The notes under the pieces are model-generated. The model did not search any database and was not told the DNA's origin. It was given only the letters and a program-made list of their open reading frames with translations. A stretch of DNA of 64,000 bases, taken from an uncultured delta proteobacterium (GTDB taxonomy: Bacteria; Myxococcota; Myxococcia; Myxococcales; Myxococcaceae). The position numbers and the translations under genes were made by a program. Positions 11,207 through 19,981 of the stretch are shown here, in pieces (position 1 is the first letter of the stretch; each line of letters opens with the position of its first letter). The DNA lies in NCBI GenBank assembly GCA_963776345.1, contig CAVZMH010000015.1:288001-352000 (forward strand), given 5' to 3'.

Positions 11207-12916
11207 TCAGACCTCGGGCTGAGCGGCCAGGAACCGCTCGCGCTCGGGGCCCTCGGGCAGCTCTTCGGCGAGCGAGGCGAACAGCTCCCAGGGCGTGTTC
11301 GCGTTGCGCGCCGCCCGCTTCACCAGCGCCCGGGCCACCGGCCCCAGCGAGATGGCCAGCGCCTGTTCCGCCCGCTGCAGGTCGTCCTCCACCAGCGCGC
11401 GGGCCCGTGGCGGCGGAGCCTCGACCACCGGCGTGGGGCGGGACGGCGACCCGCGCGGGGGCGGCGCTGGCGCGGGCTGCACGGGCATCGGACGCGAGGG
11501 CGAGCCGCGGGGCATCGGCGAGGGCGGCTGCTCCACCACCGGCGTGGGCCGCGACGGTGAGCCGCGCGCCGGGGCCGGAGGGGGGGCCGGACGGGCCTGG
11601 GTGGAGGGTGGCCGCGCCTGGGTGGCCGCCGGGCGGGCGTGGGTGGAGGTCTTGCCCGGCGCACGCGGCGGGGTGCGGCCGCGGTGCCCCGGGTCCGAGA
11701 GGGTGCGGAGGAAGTCCTCACGCGAGACGTGGTCGGGGATGGAGGCCGAGAGGGTCTGGCAGGCGGTTCCCCAGTCCGGTGCGTCCCGGACCACCCGGTC
11801 CACCATCACCCGGGCGATGGGCCCGAGGTGGGGGGCCAGCGCGGCCTCGAGCACCGCCCGCTGCTCCGCCGTCACCCCGGCCGAGACGCCGGCCCGGGCC
11901 GCGGCCATCGCCCGGGAGGGCGCGTGCTGCGGCGGGAGCGGGGTGAGCGGTGCGCCCGGTGAGTGGGCGGCCCCGGGCGTGTACGGGGCACCCGGGGTGT
12001 AGGGGGCGCCGGGCGTGTACGGGGGGCCGGGAGTGGAAGTGGTGCCGCCGACCGCGCGGGAGCGGCGGATCCACGAGCGGGCGAAATCCTCGAACTTCCG
12101 CCGGTCGTCCCCGTTCTCGATCGACTCGGCCAGCTCGACCACCAGGGCCCGCGGGTCCTGGGTGGCCCGCGCCGCCCGGCGCACGAGGGTCTGGGCGAGC
12201 GGACCGATGCACTTGGCCAGGTAAGCGCCCAGCTCCTCCAGCGCTCCCGCGACCCAGCCCCCGGTGACGATGGCCGGCGCAGGAGCCTGGGCAGGCGGGG
12301 GAGCCTCCACCGGGGTGACCAGCGGGATGGGCTGCAGCATCGGGGGTGGCGCGACGGGCACACCCGGAACGGGCGTGCGGCCGGTGGGCCAGGTGACCTC
12401 CACCTCCCGCTCGATGGGCGGGCCGAGCTCGTAGACGTCGACCTCCTTGCCCTCCGCGGTGCGCCGCCGGCCGATCGGATGGAGCAGCGACTTGTGCTCG
12501 GCGCTGAGCGAGCAGACCACCTCGAAGAAGGACCGGCTGGAGAGGATCTGCCCCGGGGTGGCCACCGAGGCGAGCTGCGAGGCGACGGTGGGTCCCTCGC
12601 CCTGCGCGACCCCGTCGACGATGCGCACCGGTCCGAGGTGAATGGACAGCCGGGCGCCGAACCCGGTCCGGGCGGAGGCCTCGTGCTCCAGCGCGTCCCG
12701 GAGCCCGAGGGCGACGAAGAGCCCGTCCTCGGGGTCGCCCGGGAAGACCAGCACCAGCCCGCGCGGGTGCGCGACGGTGACCACGTCGTCCGCCTCGAGG
12801 TGTCCGATCGCGCGCGCGGCCGCCTCCTGCACGCACTCCAGCGCGTCCGGGCGAGGGTCGAGGACATCGAGGAACACCAGCGTTCCGACGAATGTCCTGT
12901 GACCGGGCTCGCTCAT
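11207..12916 (-). CDS. Degenerate class III nucleotide cyclase-like domain + three helical 'LA..(I/L)GP(L/I/V)A..(L/M)V.R' repeats with Pro/Thr-rich linkers
   Basis: RTFVGTLVFLD, GDPEDGLF, RLSIHLGPV, PGQILSSRSFFEVV match the cyclase fold; repeats LAKCIGPLAQTLVRRAA, LAPHLGPIARVMVDR, LAISLGPVARALVKRAA. Confidence 0.7.
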   Translation of the reverse strand: MSEPGHRTFVGTLVFLDVLDPRPDALECVQEAAARAIGHLEADDVVTVAHPRGLVLVFPGDPEDGLFVALGLRDALEHEASARTGFGARLSIHLGPVRIVDGVAQGEGPTVASQLASVATPGQILSSRSFFEVVCSLSAEHKSLLHPIGRRRTAEGKEVDVYELGPPIEREVEVTWPTGRTPVPGVPVAPPPMLQPIPLVTPVEAPPPAQAPAPAIVTGGWVAGALEELGAYLAKCIGPLAQTLVRRAARATQDPRALVVELAESIENGDDRRKFEDFARSWIRRSRAVGGTTSTPGPPYTPGAPYTPGAPYTPGAAHSPGAPLTPLPPQHAPSRAMAAARAGVSAGVTAEQRAVLEAALAPHLGPIARVMVDRVVRDAPDWGTACQTLSASIPDHVSREDFLRTLSDPGHRGRTPPRAPGKTSTHARPAATQARPPSTQARPAPPPAPARGSPSRPTPVVEQPPSPMPRGSPSRPMPVQPAPAPPPRGSPSRPTPVVEAPPPRARALVEDDLQRAEQALAISLGPVARALVKRAARNANTPWELFASLAEELPEGPERERFLAAQPEV

Positions 12917-12955
12917 TCCGCTTCGGGAGTTGGGAGGAACAGAGGGGGGCCCAGT

Positions 12956-13825
12956 CTACTCCAACAGCTTCATCGCCTTCTCCAGGCTCCTCCGGAGTCG
13001 GTTGAACGACGTTGCCAGGACGCCGATCTCGTCACCGCTCGCCACCGAGAACTCCGGGACGTCGAAGTTGCCAGTGCTCACCTCGTCGGCCGCCTTCGAC
13101 ATCCGGACGATGGGTCGGATGACCAGCAGCGAGAGCACCACGTTGAGCACGATGAAGGCGAGGAGGAACACGCCCAAGAGCGAGGTCATGAACGTCTTGA
13201 ACGCCTGGTCCGCCTTGGCGAGCGGGACCGACATCGGCACCGAGATGATCTGCGCGCCCACCGTCTCGTTCAGCTTCCAGCCGAACCCGTTGGCCGGCCC
13301 GTAGTGCGCCACCATCGACTTGGGCGCGGTGTCCGGGGTGTCGTGACAGGGAAGGCAGCCCGGGTCCTTGATGGTCAGCGGCTTGGCCAGGTAGAGCGCC
13401 TTGCCGGTGGGGGTGTCGCGGGTGCCGCGGATCTCCGTCCGGGTGCCGTCGTCCCGGAACTTATTGACGATGTCCGCCTCCCACTCCACCGCGCGGTCGC
13501 GGGGGTTGGTGGGGTTCAGCGTGGCCTCCTTGTACGAGTACTCGGGATGCTGCTGGCGGAGGGCGTTGAACATCTCCGTCGCGGCGTAAGCCGGCACCGA
13601 CTGGGGCAGGAAGGCGCGCATGAGCTGGAGCTCGAGCTGCGGCTTGACCTGCTTCGAGGTGTAGCCACGGACGGCGAGCGCCGCGCCCATCATCAGCTCG
13701 GCGTTGCGCGTCACCTCCTCCTGGGCGTTCGCCTCGAGGATGCGCTTGGACACGTAGCCCGAGGCGGCGAGCCCCAGCGCGAAGACCAGGATCAGAACCA
13801 GGTTGAACTTGAGTCGCAGCCCCAT
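12956..13825 (-). CDS. DUF3365 (Tll0287-like) c-type heme periplasmic sensor with HAMP domain and no output domain
   Basis: TM1, YKEATLNPTNPRDRA, CLPCH heme-binding motif, YGPANGFGWKLNE.VGAQ, TM2, HAMP (DEIGVLATSFNRL) at the C-terminus. Confidence 0.88.
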   Translation of the reverse strand: MGLRLKFNLVLILVFALGLAASGYVSKRILEANAQEEVTRNAELMMGAALAVRGYTSKQVKPQLELQLMRAFLPQSVPAYAATEMFNALRQQHPEYSYKEATLNPTNPRDRAVEWEADIVNKFRDDGTRTEIRGTRDTPTGKALYLAKPLTIKDPGCLPCHDTPDTAPKSMVAHYGPANGFGWKLNETVGAQIISVPMSVPLAKADQAFKTFMTSLLGVFLLAFIVLNVVLSLLVIRPIVRMSKAADEVSTGNFDVPEFSVASGDEIGVLATSFNRLRRSLEKAMKLLE

Positions 13826-13841
13826 GTGAGGACGTCCTCCG

Positions 13842-14318
13842 TCACCGACAGCTCGCTTGCATCTCGTCCCAGGCCTTGGTGAAGCCGATGAGGCTCACCA
13901 CGACCGAGTGGGTCCCGGTTTCCGGCCAGCTGGGCCAGAACCGCAGCTGGACCCTCGCCTTCAGCCCGCCCTTGAACTGGGCGACGAGGGAAGCCACCCC
14001 GGTCTTGAAGACCACCGCCTTGGCGCCGTCGAGTCCATCGGCCTTGACCGCCTCGTTCTTGTCCACCGCGATGAGGAGGTCGCGCTTGCTCTCGTCGAAG
14101 GTCGACTCGCTCACCACACGGAGCTCGGTCGGGGTGACCCGGACCTGGACGCTCGTGGTCTGGTAGCCATCGCTCAGCGAGGCCTTCTCGGAGTCGAGCC
14201 GGCACCCGCCGCTCGGCACCTTGACCATCGTCCAGGCGTCCTTCTCCTTTTCCGGCGCAGCTGCACCCAGAAGGCCGAAGGACACCGTCGGAATCAACCA
14301 TCGCAGTGAAGAACGCAT
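13842..14318 (-). CDS. Secreted/periplasmic hypothetical protein (IalB-like fold suspected)
   Basis: Signal peptide; Cys near each terminus; LVAQFKGG..ARV...SLIGFTKAW..C resembles the IalB-family C-terminus. Confidence 0.6.
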   Translation of the reverse strand: MRSSLRWLIPTVSFGLLGAAAPEKEKDAWTMVKVPSGGCRLDSEKASLSDGYQTTSVQVRVTPTELRVVSESTFDESKRDLLIAVDKNEAVKADGLDGAKAVVFKTGVASLVAQFKGGLKARVQLRFWPSWPETGTHSVVVSLIGFTKAWDEMQASCR

Positions 14319-14538
14319 CCGTCCTGCTCCCCCGAGAGCCCCGCGCCATCGCGCGATGCACGACCTACATGTCGGTTCTGGGCCCTGGTCCACGCCGGAT
14401 TGGCGACGAACTCTAGGCGCGCGCCACGGGGGGCGTCCATGGGCGCGTGCGGCAGGCCGCCACCCAGCCTCCCGGGGGAGTGCCCCCGGGGTCATCCACA
14501 CCCTGGGCCGACCGTGGCAGCCTCTTCCCCCCGGGCCG

Positions 14539-15618
14539 TCAGACCCCGAGCAGGGCTCGGATCCGGCTGGCCACCAGGGCCAGGTCCCCCGGGGCCTTCA
14601 CCGGCTCGAAGCGGGTGGTCGAAGGGTCCCCGCGCGGCACCTCGACGAAGCGCACCGGCATGAGCGGCGTGCCGTCGGGGCGCCGCAGGCTCGAGGCCTC
14701 GGCGGTCACCTGCTCGAGCTGGATGACCGGCGCGCCGTCCACCGTCTTCCTCACCGCCCGGAACGGGACCGGGATGGGCGCCTCGAGCAGCGGAAGCAGG
14801 CGGAAGGTGATGTTGTTGGTGGAGATGGTGGCGTGGGCGCTCGGGTCCACCTTCTCCACCAGCTGGAGCTGACCACCGACCCGCACCGGGGCCGCTCCCA
14901 CGTCGAGCTTCCCGTCCGGTGCGCGCCGCGGCGTCACCTCGACCGTCATGGCGGCGCCGCCCTCGGCGTGCATCCCCAGCACCACCGGGTCGAGCGTGGC
15001 GGCCAGGTTGTCGACGTTGGAGAAGTAGACGTGGACCGCGCCGAGTCCGCGGAGCCGCTCGCCCACGCCGCTCGCCCGGAGCGCCCGGAAGACGTCGCCG
15101 TGGCCGCTCGGGGCGAGCGACGGGGCGCCCGAGGCATCCCGGGCGATGGCGCCGTCCGCCGTCAGCCGCGGCAGGTGCGCTTGCATGAATGGGAACACCG
15201 GCACGCGCGGAGGGTGCGCGGCCAGGTGCTCGGCGATGCCCTCGTCGGTGAGGAACGAGGTCATCAGCGCGACGGGGACCGGCCGCCCCACCCGCTCGGA
15301 CGTCCGCTCCACGTCGAGCAGCTTGAGGTCGAGGAAAGTCTTCCCCTCGATCACCGGGACCAGCGCCTTCACCGCCCCGCCGAAGCGCGTCCCCGCCCCG
15401 CCGGCGACGACCAGCGCCGCCACCTTGCCCTCCCGGAGCAGCGCCTCGCCGATGGCGCCGAGCCGCGCGTGCTCCGGCGTCCCGCTGGGCGGGAGCGGCG
15501 CGACGTCGCCTGGACGGAGAGGCTCGAGCGTCCTGGGAGGGGGCGCCTCCACCACCTCGCCGCGCCGCCAGGCCTCCACCAGCTCCCGGAACAGCGCCTC
15601 GTCGTACGGCCGGGTCAT
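14539..15618 (-). CDS. UTP--sugar-1-phosphate uridylyltransferase, eukaryote-like UDPGP family
   Basis: [41 protein letters not shown] overlaps the treZ stop. Confidence 0.85.
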   Translation of the reverse strand: MTRPYDEALFRELVEAWRRGEVVEAPPPRTLEPLRPGDVAPLPPSGTPEHARLGAIGEALLREGKVAALVVAGGAGTRFGGAVKALVPVIEGKTFLDLKLLDVERTSERVGRPVPVALMTSFLTDEGIAEHLAAHPPRVPVFPFMQAHLPRLTADGAIARDASGAPSLAPSGHGDVFRALRASGVGERLRGLGAVHVYFSNVDNLAATLDPVVLGMHAEGGAAMTVEVTPRRAPDGKLDVGAAPVRVGGQLQLVEKVDPSAHATISTNNITFRLLPLLEAPIPVPFRAVRKTVDGAPVIQLEQVTAEASSLRRPDGTPLMPVRFVEVPRGDPSTTRFEPVKAPGDLALVASRIRALLGV

Positions 15619-17252
15619 CTCGGCGACACCTCCCACCCCCAGCCCGGCAGCCCCAGCGCAGGCCGGGGGCCGAGGTTCACGGTGACGGTCAACCCCGGCC
15701 GCTCCAGCCGGTAGGCCCGGACCTCGCGGTGCACCCGCGGCCACGTGGAGCCGATGAGGTCCTGGTGGCGCCGGCGGATGGCCAGCATCTGCCGGTAGTG
15801 CTCGCGCAGCCGGGCGCTGCCCTCCCGCGCCGGGCGCGAGCGGCTGAACGTCTCCTCCGCCTGCGGGTCCGGGACCTCCGTGGCCTGGGCGATGTGCTCC
15901 GCCCGGCGCCCCTCGGACACGGCCCTCGCCAGCTCCGGGTCGCCGTGGCTGGTGAAGTAGAGGAACGGCCGCGTCTCGCCGTGCTCCTCACCCATGAAGA
16001 GCAGGGGCAGCCCGGGGCCGAGCACGAGCAGCGTGGCGAGCGGCTCCAGCGCCTCGGGCGGTACGAGGCTCGCTAGCCGCTCGCCGGCCGGCCGGTTCCC
16101 GACCTGGTCGTGGTTCTGCAGGGAGACGACGAACTGCCGGGGAAGGAGCCCCTCGGTCCGGGTGCCGTGCGGCTTGCCCCGGAAGCGCGAAGGCTGGCCC
16201 TGGTAGACGAAGCCCTGCTCGAGCGCGGTCACCAGTTCCTGGGGCTCGCCGAAGTCCACGTAGAACGCCCCGCGCTCGCCGGTGAGCATCGCGTGGAGCA
16301 CGTGGTGGAAGTCGTCGGCCCAGGCGGCGGTGCAGCCCCACCCCGCGGGCGGCGGGTCGACCACCTTCCGGTCGTTCAGGTCGGTCTCGGCGATGACCTG
16401 CGCCCTCCCTCCGGAGGCCGCGTGGACCGCGCGCACGATGTCGGCGACGAGGTGCACCGGGCTGTCGTCCACGATGGCGTGGACCGCGTCGAGCCGGAGC
16501 GCGTCCAGGTGAAAGTCCTCCACCCAGGACCGGGCGGCCTGCACCATGTACGCACGGACCGGCCCCGAGTCCGGACCGTCGTAGTTCATCCCGTCTCCCC
16601 AGGGCGATCGGTGGCGCGAGGTGGTGTACGGGCCGAACTCGCCCAGGTAATTCCCCTCGGGCCCGAGGTGGTTGTAGACCACGTCGAGGCAGACGCCCAG
16701 CGCGAGCGCGTGGGCCCGGTCCACGAAGCGCTGCAGCGCCGCGGGCCCGCCGTAGGCCGGATGCACCGCGTGGAGCAGCACGCCGTCGTAGCCCCAGTTG
16801 CGCGCCCCGCCGAAGGGCTGCACCGGCATCAGCTCGACGCAGCTGACGCCCAGGTCCACCAGCTCGGGCAGCCGCCCGGCCGCGGCGTCCAGCGTCCCGT
16901 CCTCGGTGAACGTGCCCACGTGCAGCTCGTAGAAGACCAGCGCCTCGGGGCGGACGCCGCCCCATCCTCGATCGGTCCAGCGGAACACGCCCGGGTCGAA
17001 GATGGCCGACGGACCGTGGACGTCGCCCACCAGGGCCCGGGCCGCCGGGTCGGGCCGCACGCGCCCGTCGGGGAACACCAAGGCGTACGGCGTGCCCGGC
17101 TGAAGCGCCGGGAGGTCGGCCGTCCACCACCCGCCGGGTCCGGGAGCGAGCGACGCCTCCCGCTCCCCGAACCTGACCTCGAGGCCGTCGGCGCGCGGCG
17201 CCCATACCGCGAGCCGCAGGCCGTTCCGCTGTCTGGAGACTCCGTGGCGCAT
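15615..17252 (-). CDS. treZ: Malto-oligosyltrehalose trehalohydrolase (GH13)
   Basis: [54 protein letters not shown]. Confidence 0.93.
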   Translation of the reverse strand: MRHGVSRQRNGLRLAVWAPRADGLEVRFGEREASLAPGPGGWWTADLPALQPGTPYALVFPDGRVRPDPAARALVGDVHGPSAIFDPGVFRWTDRGWGGVRPEALVFYELHVGTFTEDGTLDAAAGRLPELVDLGVSCVELMPVQPFGGARNWGYDGVLLHAVHPAYGGPAALQRFVDRAHALALGVCLDVVYNHLGPEGNYLGEFGPYTTSRHRSPWGDGMNYDGPDSGPVRAYMVQAARSWVEDFHLDALRLDAVHAIVDDSPVHLVADIVRAVHAASGGRAQVIAETDLNDRKVVDPPPAGWGCTAAWADDFHHVLHAMLTGERGAFYVDFGEPQELVTALEQGFVYQGQPSRFRGKPHGTRTEGLLPRQFVVSLQNHDQVGNRPAGERLASLVPPEALEPLATLLVLGPGLPLLFMGEEHGETRPFLYFTSHGDPELARAVSEGRRAEHIAQATEVPDPQAEETFSRSRPAREGSARLREHYRQMLAIRRRHQDLIGSTWPRVHREVRAYRLERPGLTVTVNLGPRPALGLPGWGWEVSPR

Positions 17253-17423
17253 GGCGGCAACACCTAGTCACGTCCGGCGCGCAGATGGGAGTCCAGACCT
17301 GACGGATGGCGAGCGGCGGGTGCGGCGAGGTGGGCCGCCCTCGACCCACCCGCCCCCCGGGGGGGGCTCCGGGCGCCACCGGGGCACGCCGGCGGTAGAC
17401 TCGGCCGGCCGCCCTTCCCTCGG

Positions 17424-17891
17424 ATGCCCCTGCCCTCACACTCCAGCCCTGCGCCGACCCCCGCCTTCCGCGTCCGGCTCGCCCGCCGGGGCGACGGCGA
17501 GCACCTCGGCCTGCTCCTCGCCGAGCTCGGCCACGCGGGTGCGGGGGACACCGGCACCGTCCACTGGGTGCTGAGTCATCCGGAGATCGAGGTCCACGTC
17601 GCGGCGGACGGCGGCGACCGTCCGCTCGGGCTCCTCTCCTTCTCCCACCGGCCGCAGCTCCGCCTCAGCGGGCGCATCGCCACCATCGACGAGCTGGTGG
17701 TGCTCCCCTCGGCGCGGCGTCAGGGCGTGGGACGGGCCCTGATGCAGCGGGCGCTGGAGCGGGCGCGGGTGCTGAGCGTGAAACGAGTGGACCTGCAGCT
17801 GCCGAGCGTGCCCACCGAGGCCACCTTCCGCTTCTGCGAGGCGATGGGCTTCACCGACGCCGAGCGCGGGGTCCTCACCCGGGGGCCTTGA
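17424..17891 (+). CDS. GNAT family N-acetyltransferase
   Basis: IDELVV.PSARRQGVGRALM acetyl-CoA-binding motif A. Confidence 0.85.
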   Translation: MPLPSHSSPAPTPAFRVRLARRGDGEHLGLLLAELGHAGAGDTGTVHWVLSHPEIEVHVAADGGDRPLGLLSFSHRPQLRLSGRIATIDELVVLPSARRQGVGRALMQRALERARVLSVKRVDLQLPSVPTEATFRFCEAMGFTDAERGVLTRGP

Positions 17892-18249
17892 GCGTCCACG
17901 CGCCGGGCAAGGTGGTGGGCCCGAGCCGGTGCACCAGCGCCGCCAGCCGCTCCTTCGCCTCGGGGTCCACCTCCCGGAAGCGCACCCCGATGGCCTGTTC
18001 GCGGGACCGCGCCCAGGCGACCACCCCCTCCACCTCGAAGCGCTCGTCCTCGACGAGCAGCACCAGCTGGAGCAGGTGGCCCACCGGGTAGCTGCGCTCG
18101 GTCCGGAGGCAGATGCCGCCCACCGAGAAGTTCAGCGCGTAGGAGCGGAGGGCCTCGGCCGCGGCGACCACGTCGCGAAAGTGGACCTCGATCCGCACCG
18201 GGATGCGGTCCGTTGCCCGCCGCTCCTCGCCCTCGTGGGAGGTCTCCAT
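17875..18249 (-). CDS. PilZ-domain protein (Myxococcales TIGR02266-like)
   Basis: RRATDR (RxxxR) and NFSVGG (N/DxSxxG) c-di-GMP motifs; GVVAW..GVRF. Confidence 0.85.
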   Translation of the reverse strand: METSHEGEERRATDRIPVRIEVHFRDVVAAAEALRSYALNFSVGGICLRTERSYPVGHLLQLVLLVEDERFEVEGVVAWARSREQAIGVRFREVDPEAKERLAALVHRLGPTTLPGAWTLKAPG

Positions 18250-18283
18250 CTCGCGCCGGAGGTGACGGCCGGCCCTGCGGTGT

Positions 18284-19852
18284 CTAGCGGAACCGCGGGT
18301 CGATGGCCAGATACGCGGCGGCGCGCAGCGACCGTCGGTGCAGCTCCCGCGGGTGGCGCAGGACCTGGAGGTGCAGCTTCCGGCCGAACACCCTGCGGAA
18401 CAGCCCCGCCTCGTGCGTGGCGTCCCACAGCTCGAGGTCCAGCGGGCTCCGGGCCTTGAGCTGCACCAGCACCGCGTTGGGGAGCAGCCGTGCCTGGAGC
18501 CGGACGATGCTCTGCCGGTGGCTGCGGTCGAGCGAGTCCGCCACCCGGAGCAGCGTGGCCAGCTTCCGCACCAGGCGAACCTCTCCAGCCCCGAGGCCCT
18601 CCATCCCCGAGTGGCTCGGGTCCGGAGCGCTCCGCCGGTGGTAGCGGGCGATGCGGGCCGCCAGCTCGCGCTCCCGCTCGCGCAGCCCGGGGATCTCCGC
18701 GTTGACGATGAGGTAGTAGCTGTGCCGGTGGTGCTTCTGGTAGCTGACCGCGTTGCCGATGTCGTGCAGCAGCCCGGCGACCTCGAGCAGCGGCCGGGCC
18801 GAGGCCGGCAGGTTGTGCACGGGCGCGAGGTCGTCGAAGAGCTGGAGCGCGAGCCGGGTGACCTGCGCCGCGTGCGCCTCGTCGAAGTGGAAGCGGCGTC
18901 CCACCACCAGCGCCGCCTCGTGGAGGCTGTGGTCCTCGCCGGAATCCTTGCGGCGGATGAGATCCACCAGGATGCCCTCGCGGAGCCCCCGCTGGACGGC
19001 GGTGACCGCCTCGAGCCCGAGGTGCTTCACCAGCTGCTCGAGGATGACCGCCCCGGCGCAGATGACCTCCGCCCGCCGGGCGTCGAACCGCTTCCGCCGC
19101 TGGGCCGGTGACATCTCCACCAGGTCCTCGACCGCCTGGGAGATCTGACGGGCGGTGGCGTGGGCGGTGCCCTCCGCCGCGGCGTAGCCCACCACCGCCC
19201 CGATGGTGCCGGAGCTCCCCAGCGCCGACCGGGGCGCGCCGGCGATGCGGGCCGGGAGCCCCTCGGTGAGCACCTCCGAGACGTAGCCGCGCAGGAGCTT
19301 GACCTGCTTCTTGCTCATGCCCTTCGTCGTCCCGAACAGCTCGGTCAGCCGGACTGCCCCCAGGCCGACGCTCCACATGGCGTTCGGGGTGTCCCCGATC
19401 GCCGCGGCGACCTCGGTCGAGCCGCCGCCGATGTCGATGCACAGCGAGCGGGCGCTGGGCGGCTTCCCCCAGAGCACGCCCAGGGTGATCAGCCGGGCCT
19501 CCTCCACGCCGGAGATGACCTCCAGCCGGAGCCCTGCCTCTTCCCGGGCCCTCCGGACGATCTCGTCGCGGTTCTTCGCCTCGCGGACCGCGCTGGTGGC
19601 CACGGCCCGGACCTGGGCGTGGTAGCGCCGGCAGAGCGCGCCGTAGCGCCGCAGGGTCGAGAGCAGCCGGTCGGCCACCTCCCGTGGGATGACGCCGGTC
19701 CTGAACACACCCTCGCCGGGGCGGACCGGGTCCCGCTCCTGGTGGAGCAGCTCCAGCGAGCCGTTGGTCAGCAGCCGCGCCAGCTCCAGACGCACGGCGT
19801 TGGTGCCGACGTCGATGGCGGCGAGCACGGGCTCTGGGACGGGTCGGGTCAA
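18284..19852 (-). CDS. ppx: Ppx/GppA exopolyphosphatase with HD domain
   Basis: AIDVGTNAVR, VATSAVREA.N, ISG.EEARL, DIGGGSTE, GLREG, LLHDIG. Confidence 0.93.
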   Translation of the reverse strand: MTRPVPEPVLAAIDVGTNAVRLELARLLTNGSLELLHQERDPVRPGEGVFRTGVIPREVADRLLSTLRRYGALCRRYHAQVRAVATSAVREAKNRDEIVRRAREEAGLRLEVISGVEEARLITLGVLWGKPPSARSLCIDIGGGSTEVAAAIGDTPNAMWSVGLGAVRLTELFGTTKGMSKKQVKLLRGYVSEVLTEGLPARIAGAPRSALGSSGTIGAVVGYAAAEGTAHATARQISQAVEDLVEMSPAQRRKRFDARRAEVICAGAVILEQLVKHLGLEAVTAVQRGLREGILVDLIRRKDSGEDHSLHEAALVVGRRFHFDEAHAAQVTRLALQLFDDLAPVHNLPASARPLLEVAGLLHDIGNAVSYQKHHRHSYYLIVNAEIPGLRERERELAARIARYHRRSAPDPSHSGMEGLGAGEVRLVRKLATLLRVADSLDRSHRQSIVRLQARLLPNAVLVQLKARSPLDLELWDATHEAGLFRRVFGRKLHLQVLRHPRELHRRSLRAAAYLAIDPRFR

Positions 19853-19981
19853 GGCGCTCCAGGGAGGTGTAACAATGCGCTCCGACGCACAAGACCGCGG
19901 GCTTGCCCGGCCCCTCTCTTCACGTCATCGTCACCCGACTGGATCCCCCCGGACGCAGCGCTCCGGACGCCCTCACCGACC

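Noticed and set aside
14471..14490. Hairpin cccggggg-agtg-cccccggg as an intrinsic terminator
   Set aside because: The stem is perfect but has no U-tract on either strand, so it cannot be supported as a terminator.
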